Shown: positions 19,567 through 29,007 of the stretch, one piece after another
Layout: each line of letters opens with the position of its first letter
How positions within the stretch are numbered: the first letter of the stretch is position 1
Assembly: GCA_038874355.1 (NCBI GenBank)
Contig: JAVZCO010000001.1
Location: 434,159 to 498,158, forward strand
Length of the DNA: 64,000 nucleotides
Source of the DNA: Candidatus Pacearchaeota archaeon
GTDB lineage: Archaea > Nanobdellota > Nanobdellia > Pacearchaeales > GW2011-AR1
Direction of reading: 5' to 3'
The notes under the pieces: model-generated
What the model saw: only the letters and a program-made list of their open reading frames with translations
Database searches by the model: none
Told to the model about the DNA's origin: nothing
Position numbers and translations under genes: made by a program

Positions 19567-20646
19567 ATGGGTATTCCAAGATTAAGATATCAGAATGAAA
19601 TGTGGGATGTGAATCTACCCTCAATTTTGGCATATACTTTTAAAAAAGAAGATATAGATCTTTTTATTAGAGGCAACTCAATACCCTTAGATTTTGATAC
19701 TAATTTAACTGAGAGGTGTAACGCTAATTGTAAATATTGTGCAACACAGGGAGGAAAATTGGATGTGAGATTTAATTACGATAATAGTTTACCTAAATTA
19801 ACAGATGAGCATATTTCAGAGATAATTAAACAATTAAATTTGCTTGGAACAAAGACTTTCTTTTTGTGTAGCAATGGAGAACCCTTACTAAACCCAAAGA
19901 GATTTCTAGATATTTTAGATAAAGCGGGCGATAAAGAGATAAATATTATAACATATACCAATGGAATAACATTAAATAAAAATATTTTAAAGGAATTATA
20001 TAAAAGAAAAGTCAATTTAGTAATAAAATTAGAGTCTTTAAATCCAAGAAAAAACGACGAGATTATCTTTGGCAAGAATGAACCAAAAAACAAGTCTTAC
20101 AATTATTATAGTTTTAATAATCAAAAAGTACCTCGGGGGATCATTGAAGCATTTGAAGTTTATGGAAGTGACTCTAATTGTTTAGGTATCGAAACAATTA
20201 TCTTAAAAGACAATATTGATGAAATAATAGACATCCGAAATTGGGTTTATGATTTGGGAAGCAGTCAATTCTTAAAGCATTTATATCCCCTAGGATATGT
20301 AAAAATTAGTAGGGAAGAAGTTATGCCAGATAATAAAAAAGAAAAAGATTTAGTACAAAAAATAATCGCTTTCGATTCTAAGTATGGTTTTATCTATCCT
20401 TCATTTCAAACGCCCGACCACTATTCTTATGATTCAAGAAGATTTATGAATAATTGTGTGAATATTTATGGTTTTCCTTTTAGAATGTTTGCTCATGAAT
20501 TTGGAGGAATCTATCAGTCTTCTCAAATAGTTACAAAGAACTTTGGATTTGGAACAGAAAGAATTATCTCTCTTTTTGACTCTAAAGGTAATATTAATAT
20601 GAAAGAATATTTTAATAAAATTGAAGAACAAATCAAAAATGAATAA
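19567..20646 (+). CDS. Radical SAM protein
   Basis: NLTERCNANCKYC, NGEPLL, YTNG; no obvious SPASM cysteines. Confidence 0.88.
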   Translation: MGIPRLRYQNEMWDVNLPSILAYTFKKEDIDLFIRGNSIPLDFDTNLTERCNANCKYCATQGGKLDVRFNYDNSLPKLTDEHISEIIKQLNLLGTKTFFLCSNGEPLLNPKRFLDILDKAGDKEINIITYTNGITLNKNILKELYKRKVNLVIKLESLNPRKNDEIIFGKNEPKNKSYNYYSFNNQKVPRGIIEAFEVYGSDSNCLGIETIILKDNIDEIIDIRNWVYDLGSSQFLKHLYPLGYVKISREEVMPDNKKEKDLVQKIIAFDSKYGFIYPSFQTPDHYSYDSRRFMNNCVNIYGFPFRMFAHEFGGIYQSSQIVTKNFGFGTERIISLFDSKGNINMKEYFNKIEEQIKNE

Positions 20647-21433
20647 TCTTTCAAGAATTACATTTGGAACATGGGGATTGCCAGAATGGAAGGATTATTC
20701 ACAAGATTATTGTAAAGAACTATTTGATTTTGCTTATAGAAATGGAATAAAGAGTTTTGATACAGCATTAGTCTATGGTGGTGGAAGGATGGAACATTTT
20801 CTATCTTATCTTCCAAAAGAGTGTTTTATTGCAACCAAAATTCCTGCAAAAAATAAATCAAAAGAAATAATTGATGCCTATGATTCGTTATGGATTAAAA
20901 AATGTATAGATCAATCAAGAAAAAGATTGAAAAGAGATTCTTTAGATTTAGTTCAGCTTCATAATTGGGATTATAATTGGAATAATTATCAAACATTAAT
21001 TGATTTAATGGTAAATTTAAAAGACACTGGATTAGTAAAAAACTGGGGGATCTCCTTACCATTTGAATCTCCGAATAATCACAGCGAAATATTGGACGAA
21101 CCTGTAATAAACTTTTTTCAAGTACATTATAATATCTTACAACAACAAAATAAAGATATTATTAAAAATTTAAAACAAAAAAACAAAAAAGTTCTTCTGC
21201 GATCTGTTTTATTGCACGGATTTTTGATGGGTTCAATCAATCCTCCTTTTTGTAAAAAGTATAATTTAGAAAAACAAAATTTAAAGAAAGAAAGGGATAG
21301 GTTATTTTTAGGTTTAAATAAAAGAGAAATACTAAAATATTGTTTAAATAACGCTTTTTTAGTAGGGGCAGATTCTATCGTTTTAGGCATAACTAAGAAA
21401 GAGCATATAACAAGTTTGGAAGAATATTTATAA
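20639..21433 (+). CDS. Aldo/keto reductase
   Basis: ITFGTWG; catalytic tetrad in FDTALVYG, IATK and VQLHNW; ATG overlaps the radical SAM stop. Confidence 0.9.
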   Translation: MNNLSRITFGTWGLPEWKDYSQDYCKELFDFAYRNGIKSFDTALVYGGGRMEHFLSYLPKECFIATKIPAKNKSKEIIDAYDSLWIKKCIDQSRKRLKRDSLDLVQLHNWDYNWNNYQTLIDLMVNLKDTGLVKNWGISLPFESPNNHSEILDEPVINFFQVHYNILQQQNKDIIKNLKQKNKKVLLRSVLLHGFLMGSINPPFCKKYNLEKQNLKKERDRLFLGLNKREILKYCLNNAFLVGADSIVLGITKKEHITSLEEYL

Positions 21434-21469
21434 TTTCTTTTTGTAAAGAACAAAAAAAGTCCTGCCCTT

Positions 21470-21685
21470 ACGCAACCCCCTTTTTATTGTAAAATCGTGT
21501 CCCGCCACCTCCGATTTCTGACTTCTTGCCATTCTAATCTGCCTCTGTAGGGGTTGCCACCGAAAATTCTCCTGTTGTTGCCTTCGTTAAAATTCACAAA
21601 ACGAAAACAAAAAACCCAATTTGCTTCGCAAACAAAGTCTAACATTGGTTAAGCGGTTTCGCTCGCTACACCCAAAGATTTTTCT
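21470..21685. repeat. 216-bp direct repeat, copy 2
   Basis: Identical to 17371-17586, offset 4099 bp. Confidence 0.97.
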
Positions 21686-21690
21686 TGATA

Positions 21691-21812
21691 AAATGGGAAA
21701 AATTCAATCCAGACTTCTTTATTAGGATAGAAAAAATATTCTATTTGTAGAGATAAAATCTGGAAATTATGCAAAATATATAAGCAATTTTGAAGCTGAA
21801 TTAAAAGAATAG
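21691..21812 (+). pseudogene. Remnant of a type III restriction (Res) endonuclease C-terminus
   Basis: KWEKFNPDFFIRIEK, frameshift, then NILFVEIKSGNY..: a PD-(D/E)xK motif resembling Res subunits. Confidence 0.55.
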
Positions 21813-21894
21813 CGCAGTATATAATTTAAAAAATAATTATCACCCGCCTTTGACTTGAGAACCATCAGCCGTTATTGCTACAGAGAATAAAATT

Positions 21895-21910
21895 CGAAAG
21901 ATTTATAAAT
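21895..21910 (+). promoter_or_regulatory. BRE-TATA promoter of the rpo operon
   Basis: CGAAAGA-TTTATAAAT. Confidence 0.65.
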
Positions 21911-21982
21911 CTTGGTTAGAATTCATTTAGTATTAGTAAGTTGTAAAAGAAATTTTATTAAAATTAATTTACTGCTATAAAT

Positions 21983-22189
21983 ATGCACATCCTCCAACCT
22001 AAACATACAAAAATGAGCAAAAAAGAAGTAGAAGAATTATTAAAAAAATATAATATTTCTTTGTCACAATTACCAAAAATAAAAAAAGAAGATCCAGCTT
22101 TACCAGAAAATTGCGAAGTAGGTGATGTAATAAAAATAGAAAGAAAATCCGGAGATAAAAATACTATTTATTATAGAGTTGTTATTTAA
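21983..22189 (+). CDS. rpoH: RNA polymerase subunit H (Rpo5)
   Basis: HILQPKH, QLPKI..DP, GDVIKIER, YYRVV. Confidence 0.96.
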   Translation: MHILQPKHTKMSKKEVEELLKKYNISLSQLPKIKKEDPALPENCEVGDVIKIERKSGDKNTIYYRVVI

Positions 22190-22192
22190 AAA

Positions 22193-25100
22193 ATGGAAAA
22201 TATCAAAAAGAATAAACATATTTTAATAGAAAAGTTTATAGAAAGTCATTCTTTAATTGAATCTAATATAAAAAGTTTTGATGATTTTATTGAAAATAGA
22301 TTACAAGAAATAGCGAAAGAAGTAAGTTCATCTTTTATTCCAAGTGAAGAAGGAATAGAAATAAAAATAAATAAAATTAAAGTTGGAAAGCCTAATATAA
22401 AAGAAGCAGATGGCAGTATAAATAATATTACTCCTACTGAAGCGAGATTAAGAAATTTAACTTATTCTTCTCCAATATATGTAGAAATTTCCCTTAAGAG
22501 TGACGGTAAAGAAGAATCTTACGAAGTAGAAATAGGAAGAATACCTATTTTAGTAAAAAGTAAAATTTGTAATACTTATGGAATGAATAAAGAAGAATTA
22601 GAAAAAAATTATCTAGATTCTTTAGATCCTGGAGGATATTTTATTATTAATGGTAATGAAAGAATAATGGTATTAATAGAAGATCTTGCTTCTAATCAGC
22701 CCTTTATAGAAAAAATAAAAGGAAAGTTAGTTCTTAGAATTTTTTCTTCAAGAGGATCTTATAGAATACCAACATCTATATCAGAAAATAATAATGGTAT
22801 AATTGAAGTTTCTTTTTCTAGAATGAATAACATTCCAGCAATAATTTTATTAAAAGCTTTAGGTATGATTAAAGAAGCTGATATAGCAAAATATATAGGA
22901 AAAGAAACAGACAATCTAATTATTAATTTATATGAATTTACAAACATAACAAATTCCGAAGACGCTTTAATTTACTTAGCAGAAAAACTTGATTTACAAG
23001 GAACAAAAAGAGAGGTAGTAGATAGAATAAAACAAAGAATAGACAAATACTTTTTACCACATGTAGGAACAGAAAAAAATGACAGAATAGAAAAAGCAAT
23101 AACTTTATGTAAATTCATAAAACAGTTTTTTATTGCTAAAGAGAATCCGGATGTACAAACAGATAAAGATCATTATGCAAATAAAAGGGTTAGACTTTCA
23201 GGAGATCTATTATCAGATTTATTTAGAGTAAATCTAACTATTTTTTTAAGAGATCTTCAATACTCTTTTTCAAAAATAGCAAAAAGAGGTAAAGTTTATA
23301 GCTTAAAAACAATAGCAAAATCAACATTATTCTCTCATAGAATTGAATCAGCAATAGCCACTGGAAGTTGGATAGGAGAAAGAACAGGTGTAACGCAAAA
23401 TATGGATAAAACAAATTATTTTTCTATTTTGTCTCATTTGCAAAGAGTTTCTTCTTTATTGTCAGGAGAACAAGAAAACTTTATGGCAAGAACTTTACAC
23501 CCAACCCATTATGGAAGATTTTGCCCTATAGAAACACCAGAAGGAAAAGAAATTGGATTAAGAAAAAATCTCGCTTTATTAGCAAAAATATCAACACCAA
23601 TAAACATCGATGAAAAGCAATTTTTAAAAAAATTAAAAGAATGTGGGATGAAAGAAAAAGAAGAAAATTTAGAATATGATATTTTTTGGAATGGAAAATT
23701 TATAGGAAGTGTTAATAATGGATTAGATTTTGTTAAAAAAGTTAGAGAAAGTAGAAGAAAAAATATTTTTCCAGAAGAAATGAGTATTTTTATAGAAGAA
23801 ATAAACAAAATTATAATTATTTCTACAGATGCTGGAAGAGTTTTAAGACCTTTAATAATAGTTGAAGATGGAAAAAGTAAATTGACAGAAGAATATGAAA
23901 AAAGTTTGGAAGAAGGAAAAATTAGTTGGTTAGATTTAATAAAAAATGGGATAATAGAATATTTAGATGCGAGTGAAGAAGAAAATGCTTTAGTTGCATT
24001 AAATAAAGAAGATTTAACACAAGAGCATACACATTTAGAAATAGATCATGTTGCTTGTTTAGGAGTTACAACTTCTCTTGCTCCATATGCAAATCATAAT
24101 CAAGCTTCAAGATTATTAAGAGGAAGTAAAACATTCAAACAGGCTCTTGGAGTTTATTCTTTAAACTATCCTGTTAGAATAGATACAGATGTACATCTTT
24201 TACACTACCCACAAAAACCAATAGTAAAAAGTTTTGTGTATGATAAATTAAAAATATGTCCTGTGGGTCAAAATGTTGTTGTTGCTGTAATGACTTATGA
24301 AGGATATAACATGGAAGATGCAATTATATTAAATAAAGCAAGTGTAAACAGGGGATTAGGAAGAAGTACTTATTTTAGACCATATACTTCTGTTGAATTA
24401 CATTATCCCGGTGGTTTAAAAGATTTTATATGTATTCCTGAAAAAGATGTTGCTGGTTATAGAACAGAAGAATCTTATAAATATTTAGAAGATGATGGTA
24501 TATCTTATATAGAAGCAGAATTAAAAGAAGGTGATGTTGTTATAGGAAAAATATCTCCTCCAAAGTTCTTATCGGAAACAAAAGAAATAACTATAAAAAC
24601 AAGTAAAGAGAATAGTTCAGTTATAAGACAAGAAGAAAAAGGAATAATTGATGGAGTTTTTATTACAATAGATAATGAAGGAGATAAAGTTGTTCATGTA
24701 AGAACAAGAGATCATAAAATTCCAGAATTAGGAGATAAATTTGCAACTCCTCACGGGCAAAAAGGTGTTGTGGGGTTATTATTAAATGAAGAAGATGTTC
24801 CTTTTACAGCGAGGGGAATAAAACCAGATATAATTTTTAATCCGCATGGTTTACCAAGTAGAATGTCTGTTGGATATTTATTAGACTTACTTGCAGGAAA
24901 AGTTGGTTCATTATCTGCTAGATATGTTGATGCAACACCATTCTCTGCAGAAAAACCTGAAGATTTAGAAAACGAATTAAAAAATTTAGGATTTAGATAT
25001 GATGGAAAAGAAACAATGTATGATCCTATTACAGGAAAAATGATGAAGACAAAAATTTATATCGGAGAAATGCATTATCTAAAATTAAAATATATGGTTT

Positions 25101-25462
25101 CTAATAAAATACATTCAAGGGCATTAGGAAAAGTGCAAATGTTAACAAGACAACCTGTAGAAGGAAGAGCGAAGGGAGGAGCGCTAAGATTAGGAGAAAT
25201 GGAACAAGAAGCATTAGTTGCTCATGGAGCATCTTTATTATTAAAAGAAAGATATGACTCTGATAAAGTAATTATTTATATTTGTGATAATTGTGGTGCT
25301 ATAGCAACAAAAGATTATATAAAAAATAAAGTTAATTGCAGATTATGTAATTCTCATGAAATTAGCCCTGTAGAAATATCTTATGCTTTTAAATTATTAT
25401 TAGAAGAATTAAATGCTCTTCATATTTCAACTAAATTTGGTTTAAAAAATAAATTTGAATAA
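22193..25462 (+). CDS. rpoB: RNA polymerase subunit B (Rpo2, unsplit)
   Basis: GGYFIINGNER, CPIETPEG, GYNMEDA, GDKFATPHGQKG, GALRLGEME. Confidence 0.98.
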   Translation: MENIKKNKHILIEKFIESHSLIESNIKSFDDFIENRLQEIAKEVSSSFIPSEEGIEIKINKIKVGKPNIKEADGSINNITPTEARLRNLTYSSPIYVEISLKSDGKEESYEVEIGRIPILVKSKICNTYGMNKEELEKNYLDSLDPGGYFIINGNERIMVLIEDLASNQPFIEKIKGKLVLRIFSSRGSYRIPTSISENNNGIIEVSFSRMNNIPAIILLKALGMIKEADIAKYIGKETDNLIINLYEFTNITNSEDALIYLAEKLDLQGTKREVVDRIKQRIDKYFLPHVGTEKNDRIEKAITLCKFIKQFFIAKENPDVQTDKDHYANKRVRLSGDLLSDLFRVNLTIFLRDLQYSFSKIAKRGKVYSLKTIAKSTLFSHRIESAIATGSWIGERTGVTQNMDKTNYFSILSHLQRVSSLLSGEQENFMARTLHPTHYGRFCPIETPEGKEIGLRKNLALLAKISTPINIDEKQFLKKLKECGMKEKEENLEYDIFWNGKFIGSVNNGLDFVKKVRESRRKNIFPEEMSIFIEEINKIIIISTDAGRVLRPLIIVEDGKSKLTEEYEKSLEEGKISWLDLIKNGIIEYLDASEEENALVALNKEDLTQEHTHLEIDHVACLGVTTSLAPYANHNQASRLLRGSKTFKQALGVYSLNYPVRIDTDVHLLHYPQKPIVKSFVYDKLKICPVGQNVVVAVMTYEGYNMEDAIILNKASVNRGLGRSTYFRPYTSVELHYPGGLKDFICIPEKDVAGYRTEESYKYLEDDGISYIEAELKEGDVVIGKISPPKFLSETKEITIKTSKENSSVIRQEEKGIIDGVFITIDNEGDKVVHVRTRDHKIPELGDKFATPHGQKGVVGLLLNEEDVPFTARGIKPDIIFNPHGLPSRMSVGYLLDLLAGKVGSLSARYVDATPFSAEKPEDLENELKNLGFRYDGKETMYDPITGKMMKTKIYIGEMHYLKLKYMVSNKIHSRALGKVQMLTRQPVEGRAKGGALRLGEMEQEALVAHGASLLLKERYDSDKVIIYICDNCGAIATKDYIKNKVNCRLCNSHEISPVEISYAFKLLLEELNALHISTKFGLKNKFE

Positions 25463-25467
25463 ATAAA

Positions 25468-28400
25468 ATGGATACTCCAATAATAAAACAAATAAAGAAT
25501 ATCCAATTTAAACTTTTAAGTCCAGAAGAAATAAAAAAAATAGCAGCGGCAAAAATAATTACTCCAGAACTTTATGACGTAGATGGTTATCCTGTAGACG
25601 GAGGTTTAATGGATCTAAGATTAGGTGCGATAGATCCTGGAGTTAGATGTAGAACCTGTGGAGGAACTTTAAAAGAGTGTTTAGGACATCCTGGATATAT
25701 AGAATTAGCAAGACCTGTTATTCATATAGACTATATTCAAATAATAGAAATAATATTAAAATCTTATTGTAGTTTTTGCGGAAAATTTCTATTGAAGGAA
25801 GAAGATATAAAAAAACATTCTTTAGCAGATAGAATAAAAAAAGCAAAAAATGTTAAAAAATGCCCATATTGCCAAACAGAAAAAGAAAAAATAAAATTAG
25901 AAAAGCCAACTACTTTTATGTTAGGAAAAAAGAGAATTTTTCCTAATGAGATAAGGGAGATTTTAGAAAAAATACCAGATGAAGAATTGAAATATGTAGG
26001 AATAAATCCTAATGTATTTAGACCAGAATGGGCAGTATTGACTTTATTGTTAATTCCACCAGTAACTGTAAGGCCAAGTATAACATTAGAAACAGGGGAA
26101 AGAAGCGAAGATGATCTTACTCATAAAATATCTGATATAATAAGAGCAAATCAAAGGTTGTGGGAAAATTTGAATGCAGGAGCCCCAGAAGTTATTATTG
26201 AAGATTTATGGGATTTACTTCAATATCATGTTACAACATTTTTTAATAATAATATAGCCGGAATTCCTCCAGCAAGGCATAGATCTGGCCAACCATTAAA
26301 AACAATTGAAGAAAGAATAAAAGGAAAAGAAGGAAGAATAAGGCATAATCTTACAGGAAAAAGAGTTAATTTTTCTAGTAGAAGTGTCATAAGCCCAGAT
26401 CCTTTTTTAAAGATAAATGAAATAGGTATTCCTCATGAAGTAGCAGAAATAGTAACTGTACCAGAAATGGTAAATTCTCTAAATATTAATAGATTAAAAG
26501 AAATAATAAAAAATGATTCTTATCCCTCTGCAAATTATGTAATAAGACCTGATGGAAAAAGAAAAAAAATTACTAAAGAATTAAAAGAAGAAATATTAGA
26601 AGAACTTAAAGAAGGTTATATTGTAGAAAGACATTTACAAGATGGAGATATAGTTTTATTCAATAGACAGCCTTCTCTTCACAGACCAAGTATAATGGCA
26701 CATATTGTTAGAGTACTTCCTTACAAGACTTTTAGATTACACCCAGCGGTTTGTCATCCATATAATGCAGATTTTGATGGAGATGAAATGAATGTACATT
26801 CTCCTCAAACAGAAGAAGCAAAAGCAGAAGCAAAAATTCTTTTGGAAGTAAGTAAAAATTTAATTTCCCCCAAAAATAATGTAAATTTATTTGGATGCGC
26901 ACAAGATTCTATAACAGGAAATTATTTACTCACTTCAGAAGATGAAATAGAAAGAGATGTTGCAATGCAATTATTATATAAATCTAATAAAGAAGAAAAA
27001 ATATCTAAAAAAAATTTAAGTGGTAAAGAGATATTTTCTAAAATATTACCTAAAATAAATTTCGAAACAAAAACAAAATCTTGTTTAGGAGATTCTTGTC
27101 CTTATTATGATAAATGTAAGAAACAAAATTGTCCTTATAATTCCTATTTAAAAATAGAGAATGGTAATTTAATAAGTGGTTTAATAGATAAAAATACTTT
27201 TGGATTAGAAGACGGAACATTAATAAAAATTTTGGATAAAGAAGTTGGAAGAGAAGAAACTATAAAAACAATAGAAAAAATCTTTAGATTAGGAACTGGT
27301 TATTTAATGAAGAAGGGCTTTTCTATAGGAATAGAAGATTTAAAAATAAATGAAGAAATTGAAAAAGCAAATTTGTCTGTAATAAAAGAAGCAGAAGAAA
27401 AAGTAAATAAATATATAGAAGATTATTATAATGATACAATTGAATTAATTCCTGGAAAAACAAAAGAGGAATCAAGAGAAATAAAAATTATACAAGCTTT
27501 AAATGAAGTAAGAACAAGAATAGGAAAAGTTGTCAAAGAAAAATTTGATAAAAACTCACCTGTAAATATTATGATTCTTTCAGGAGCTGGTGGTAATATA
27601 CTCAATATTGTTCAAGTTGGATGTGTTATAGGCCAACAATCTTTATGGGCAAAAAGAATTGAAATAGGTTACACTAACAGAACACTATCTTTTTTTAAGA
27701 AAAATGATTTATCACCTAAAGCAAGAGGTTTTATTTATTCAAATTATAAAAAAGGATTAACACCTATAGAATTTTTCTTCGGAGCTATGACAGGAAGAGA
27801 TTCTTTAATGGACACTGCATTAAGAACTCCAAAATCCGGATATCTTTATAGAAGATTAGCAAATTCTCTACAAGATTTTAAAATAGCATATGATTTGACT
27901 GTAAGAGACGCTTCTGATAATATTGTTCAATTTGAATATGGTGAAGACGGAAAAGACGTATCTCTTCTACACTTAAATAAAAAAATTTCACCCGGAGAAG
28001 CTATTGGTTTAGTTACAGCACAATCTTTTGGGGAACCATCAACACAAATGGCATTAAACGTATTTCACTTTGCTGGTGTTCAGGAAATGCAGATAACAAC
28101 AGGTTTACCAAGATTAATAGAAATAATTGATGCTAGAAAGTTACCGTCAACACCTCAAATGGAAATTTATTTAGAAAATGAATTTAATAATGAAAAAGAT
28201 GCAAGAGTAATTGCAGAAAAAATAAAAGAAGTCAAATTAAAAGAAATAGCAAAAGAGATAAAGATTAATTTTTCCGATAAAAAAATAGAAATTCATTTAG
28301 ACAAAGAAAAAATAAAAAGCATACATTCTTCTATAGAAAAAATAATAGAAAGAATTAACGAAAAAGGATTTAAAGTTAAATTAAAAGAAGAAGTTATATA

Positions 28401-28992
28401 TACTTCAAATCCTAATTTTAATTTTACAGAACTTTATAAATTAAAAGAAAAATTAAAAGAATGTGTTATATCTGGTGTTCCAGGAATAACACAAATATTA
28501 ATTGTAAAAAGAGATAAAAATTATGTTATCCTTACAGCAGGAACAAATCTTAAGAAAATATTAGAAATAAAAGGGATTAATAAAGAAAAAACAATAACAA
28601 ATAATATTTATGAAATAGAAGAGATATTTGGAATAGAAGCAGCAAGAAATGCTATAATAAATGAGATAAAAAAGGTTGTTAATAGTCAAGGACTAGATAT
28701 TGATGAGAGACATATAAAAATGGTAGCAGATGCAATGACTTACAAAGGAAGTATAAAAGGTACAACAAGATTGGGTATAATAAGTGAAAAATCAAGTATC
28801 TTAGCAAAAGCTTCATTTGAAACTCCTATAAAACATTTCGTTAATGCAACAATAAAAGGAAATAAAGATGAATTAGCAAGTGTAACAGAGAATATAATGT
28901 TAAATCAACCAGTACCTGTTGGAACAGGATTACCAGGATTATTGGTAAAAATTACAGGTTCTTTAGCTAAAGATAAACAGAAAGAAAAATAA
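25468..28992 (+). CDS. rpoA: RNA polymerase largest subunit, fused A'+A'' (Rpo1)
   Basis: NADFDGDEMN active site; A'' motifs PGEAIG..AQSFGEPSTQM, GLPRLIE and ASFE in the same frame. Confidence 0.97.
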   Translation: MDTPIIKQIKNIQFKLLSPEEIKKIAAAKIITPELYDVDGYPVDGGLMDLRLGAIDPGVRCRTCGGTLKECLGHPGYIELARPVIHIDYIQIIEIILKSYCSFCGKFLLKEEDIKKHSLADRIKKAKNVKKCPYCQTEKEKIKLEKPTTFMLGKKRIFPNEIREILEKIPDEELKYVGINPNVFRPEWAVLTLLLIPPVTVRPSITLETGERSEDDLTHKISDIIRANQRLWENLNAGAPEVIIEDLWDLLQYHVTTFFNNNIAGIPPARHRSGQPLKTIEERIKGKEGRIRHNLTGKRVNFSSRSVISPDPFLKINEIGIPHEVAEIVTVPEMVNSLNINRLKEIIKNDSYPSANYVIRPDGKRKKITKELKEEILEELKEGYIVERHLQDGDIVLFNRQPSLHRPSIMAHIVRVLPYKTFRLHPAVCHPYNADFDGDEMNVHSPQTEEAKAEAKILLEVSKNLISPKNNVNLFGCAQDSITGNYLLTSEDEIERDVAMQLLYKSNKEEKISKKNLSGKEIFSKILPKINFETKTKSCLGDSCPYYDKCKKQNCPYNSYLKIENGNLISGLIDKNTFGLEDGTLIKILDKEVGREETIKTIEKIFRLGTGYLMKKGFSIGIEDLKINEEIEKANLSVIKEAEEKVNKYIEDYYNDTIELIPGKTKEESREIKIIQALNEVRTRIGKVVKEKFDKNSPVNIMILSGAGGNILNIVQVGCVIGQQSLWAKRIEIGYTNRTLSFFKKNDLSPKARGFIYSNYKKGLTPIEFFFGAMTGRDSLMDTALRTPKSGYLYRRLANSLQDFKIAYDLTVRDASDNIVQFEYGEDGKDVSLLHLNKKISPGEAIGLVTAQSFGEPSTQMALNVFHFAGVQEMQITTGLPRLIEIIDARKLPSTPQMEIYLENEFNNEKDARVIAEKIKEVKLKEIAKEIKINFSDKKIEIHLDKEKIKSIHSSIEKIIERINEKGFKVKLKEEVIYTSNPNFNFTELYKLKEKLKECVISGVPGITQILIVKRDKNYVILTAGTNLKKILEIKGINKEKTITNNIYEIEEIFGIEAARNAIINEIKKVVNSQGLDIDERHIKMVADAMTYKGSIKGTTRLGIISEKSSILAKASFETPIKHFVNATIKGNKDELASVTENIMLNQPVPVGTGLPGLLVKITGSLAKDKQKEK

Positions 28993-29007
28993 CTTTTCTA
29001 ATGCCAA

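Larger units (their letters stand above)
15026..21880. mobile_element. Accessory genomic island between tRNA-Lys and rpoH (partly decayed; no integrase seen)
   Basis: Adjacent to a tRNA 3' end; several pseudogene fragments; bacterial-type paralogs; visibly more C/G in codons; 216-bp direct repeats. Boundaries are approximate. Confidence 0.7.

Noticed and set aside
17371..21685. The repeats as a CRISPR array, complete attC sites, or an IS
   Set aside because: Only two long copies with no spacers or cas genes; only one attC-like arm; no transposase
15026..21900. Integrase and attR (duplicated tRNA-Lys 3' end) for the island
   Set aside because: No tyrosine or serine recombinase ORF and no copy of the tRNA 3' end was found by eye
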